A DNA stretch of 64,000 nucleotides, taken from contig CAVZPM010000039.1 of NCBI GenBank assembly GCA_963777155.1, forward strand, positions 64,001-128,000, written 5' to 3'. This document shows positions 61,640 to 64,000 of this stretch, one piece after another. The notes under the pieces were generated by a model, which saw only the letters and a list, made by a program, of their open reading frames with translations, had not been told where the DNA came from and did no database searches. This stretch comes from Candidatus Bathyarchaeota archaeon (GTDB lineage: Archaea; Thermoproteota; Bathyarchaeia; Bathyarchaeales; Bathycorpusculaceae). The position numbers and the translations under genes were made by a program. Each line of letters opens with the position of its first letter. Positions within the stretch are counted from its first letter, which is position 1.

Positions 61640-63856
61640 ATGGTAAATCAACCACCGATTCGTGCACGCGGCGTCAAAGTGCTAAAAGCCGTTTCGTCAC
61701 CGCTTAGGCTGCAAATTCTCAATTTACTCTTCGACAAAAGCGCCCTTAGCTATACCGAACTTATGAACCAACTCAAAATGAACCCCAGCCGAGACGCAGG
61801 CAGATTCGCCTACCACCTAAAATTCATGCTTAAAGCTGACTTGGTTGAGGCAGATGTGGAAGCAAAAAAATATTACCTCACTGACCTCGGCAAGATGGTT
61901 TTGGATGTGGCTGACCGCGTGGAGAAAAAAGCAGTCAAGCCACGTGGCATGTTGGTTCGTACGTCACATTTGACGATGGAAGAGTTTGATGTTAATAAAA
62001 TCGCAAATTCACTAATCAAAGAGGCGAAGGTTCCAGCGGAGTTGGCTCAGAAAGCCGCTAAAGAAGCCGAGAAACGCCTTATCAAATCCAAAACAAAGTA
62101 CCTGACGGCAGCCTTGATCCGGGAAGTCGTGAACGGCATTTTGGTGGAGAAGGGCTATGAGGATTACCGTCATAAGCTTACCCGAGTCGGGATGCCAATC
62201 CACGAAGTAACTTCTCTAATCGAAACTAAAGAGGGCATGCAGGACTGTCAAGCTACAATTAGCAAAGCAGGACAAGCAGTCTTAGGTGAATACACACTCC
62301 TGAATATTTTTCCAAGAGACATCGCTGACGCCCACCTGTCAGGCGCTATCCACGTCGACAACTTAGGCACCTGGGTCCTAAAACCCAACGAAGTAATCCA
62401 TGACATACGATACTTCTTTCAACACGGTGTCAAACTTGACAACCTACTTCAAGTTGCAATGGAACCGCCAACTGACCTAAAATCCGCTCTATCTATCGCC
62501 TTTAACGTGCTTTTGCACGCCAGCAAAGAAACCAATCGGACTCAAAACTTCAACTACTTCAATGTATTCCTCGCGCCTTATATCAGAGGCAACGAAGTGG
62601 CAAAAATTAAGGAAAACCTGCGGTTATTCATACAGAGCCTTAACCAGCACGTAGATGCAACATTAGGTCTTGAGATTGCAGTTCCCACGTTGTTGTCGGA
62701 AAAAGAAGCTGTGGGGTCGGGAGGCAAACTAAACGGTAAGTACAGCGATTTCTCCCAAGAAAGCCAACTTGTAGCCTCACTTGTCATCGATGTCTTCACA
62801 GAAGAGAGTTCAGTTAAACCTCTTCTAAGCCCCAAACTAATAATAAAAATTAACAGTTTAGCTTTGGTTGATGAAAACGCCAAAGCGATTCTGCTTAAAG
62901 CTCACCAATTAGCTGTGAAAAGCGGTGTTCTATACTTTGCCAACATGACCAAAAAAGAAACCGAAAACATAGCATTTTCATCCTCAGGGGTCAAGCTAGC
63001 TGCGGATTTGATAGGCGACTGGGAAACGGATACATTGCGAACCGGTTGTTTGGGCTGTGTAACCATAAACATGCCTAGAATTACTCAGGAATGTGAGAAA
63101 GACAAGAACAAGTTCTTCGATTTGATGCGTGAACGCTTCGAACTCGCCGCTCGTGCGCTGGGCATAAAGAACAATGCACTCAAGCAATTCGGGAAGAACT
63201 CGCTTCCATTTCTGTTGCAGAAATCAGACCGCGACACTTATTTCCGTCTTGAAAACTGTAGCCGAATCGTAAACTTGGTCGGGTTCCGAGAAGCCATCGA
63301 AGCCTTCACAGAGAAAACTGTCAACTCAGAGGAGAGCCGTAAATTCACAGAAGAAATCATAAGCAACCTGATGGCTTTTAGGCAGAAAATCGGCAGAAAA
63401 TACGGGAAACGACTTTACCCCGTTATCCTCGGCAGTCCTGAAGCCTCTGAGCGGTTGGCACAACTGGACATTGAACGGTACGGTGTTGCTAAAGTGAAGT
63501 TTTCAGGAACAAGAGACAAACCCTACTATTCAACGGTCAAACGGTTCCAGCTGAAACCCTCTGATTTTCTAGCTTTGCAGACGGATGCATTGGAGACAGC
63601 GAAGAGACTTAAGGGATTAAGCGCAGGGGGAAACCTGAGCATCATTGAACTTGAAAACGTCGAGTACAAGCCGGAGGCGCTCATGGATCTGACGGTGCGT
63701 TTGATGGAGAACTACGCACTGGAGTTCTTTACGTACAACCGCCAAATCAGTGTCTGCGATAACTGCAAGAAGAATTGGTTTGGAACATTGCATAAGTGTC
63801 CTTCGTGCGGCTCTATGAGCAACCTGACAACGTTCGACCGGTTTACTTCGATTTGA
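61640..63856 (+). CDS. ArsR-like wHTH + ATP-cone + catalytically degenerate class III RNR (NrdD-like) fusion
   Basis: wHTH aa ~10-95; ATP-cone VRTS...FD..KI..SL; NrdD motifs ADAH..G.IH, DTLRTG, T.NMPR, CDNC/CPSCG; ends RFTSI instead of R..GY. Confidence 0.85.
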   Translation: MVNQPPIRARGVKVLKAVSSPLRLQILNLLFDKSALSYTELMNQLKMNPSRDAGRFAYHLKFMLKADLVEADVEAKKYYLTDLGKMVLDVADRVEKKAVKPRGMLVRTSHLTMEEFDVNKIANSLIKEAKVPAELAQKAAKEAEKRLIKSKTKYLTAALIREVVNGILVEKGYEDYRHKLTRVGMPIHEVTSLIETKEGMQDCQATISKAGQAVLGEYTLLNIFPRDIADAHLSGAIHVDNLGTWVLKPNEVIHDIRYFFQHGVKLDNLLQVAMEPPTDLKSALSIAFNVLLHASKETNRTQNFNYFNVFLAPYIRGNEVAKIKENLRLFIQSLNQHVDATLGLEIAVPTLLSEKEAVGSGGKLNGKYSDFSQESQLVASLVIDVFTEESSVKPLLSPKLIIKINSLALVDENAKAILLKAHQLAVKSGVLYFANMTKKETENIAFSSSGVKLAADLIGDWETDTLRTGCLGCVTINMPRITQECEKDKNKFFDLMRERFELAARALGIKNNALKQFGKNSLPFLLQKSDRDTYFRLENCSRIVNLVGFREAIEAFTEKTVNSEESRKFTEEIISNLMAFRQKIGRKYGKRLYPVILGSPEASERLAQLDIERYGVAKVKFSGTRDKPYYSTVKRFQLKPSDFLALQTDALETAKRLKGLSAGGNLSIIELENVEYKPEALMDLTVRLMENYALEFFTYNRQISVCDNCKKNWFGTLHKCPSCGSMSNLTTFDRFTSI

Positions 63857-64000
<144 letters not shown>

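Noticed and set aside
61640-63856. Annotation as a functional anaerobic ribonucleotide reductase nrdD
   Set aside because: Glycyl-radical Gly and catalytic Cys motifs are not present, and it carries an N-terminal wHTH

Overview
Archaeal chromosomal DNA, most likely Candidatus Bathyarchaeia (TACK). This is inferred from gene content: archaeal CCA enzyme, TgtA, eL13/eL15, SmAP3, presenilin, Nop5/fibrillarin and PEF-CTERM surface proteins. Most of the window is housekeeping: tRNA/RNA processing, class II HMG-CoA reductase, glmM/glmU, glycogen/galT/tpiA cluster, aguBA and the 3' end of pyrB. There are two accessory blocks. The first is a complete type IV pilus-like operon (8.6-20.7 kb) with a 1243-aa pilin-adhesin built of nested domains. 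The second is a ~7 kb island between rnhB and fibrillarin, carrying a decayed stand-alone cas1 3' end, a membrane-anchored TIR protein and a membrane wHTH regulator with a phased triple repeat. The best candidate for an undescribed system is 61640..63856: a wHTH + ATP-cone + class III ribonucleotide reductase (NrdD) fold that lacks the glycyl-radical Gly and the catalytic Cys residues. It may be an RNR pseudoenzyme repurposed as a nucleotide-sensing transcription factor, and it abuts pyrB. About ten genes, including the essential rpl15e, carry single-base frameshifts, probably uncorrected sequencing indels. No tRNA, rRNA or CRISPR array was seen. All family calls come from motif recognition by eye; no database searches were run.
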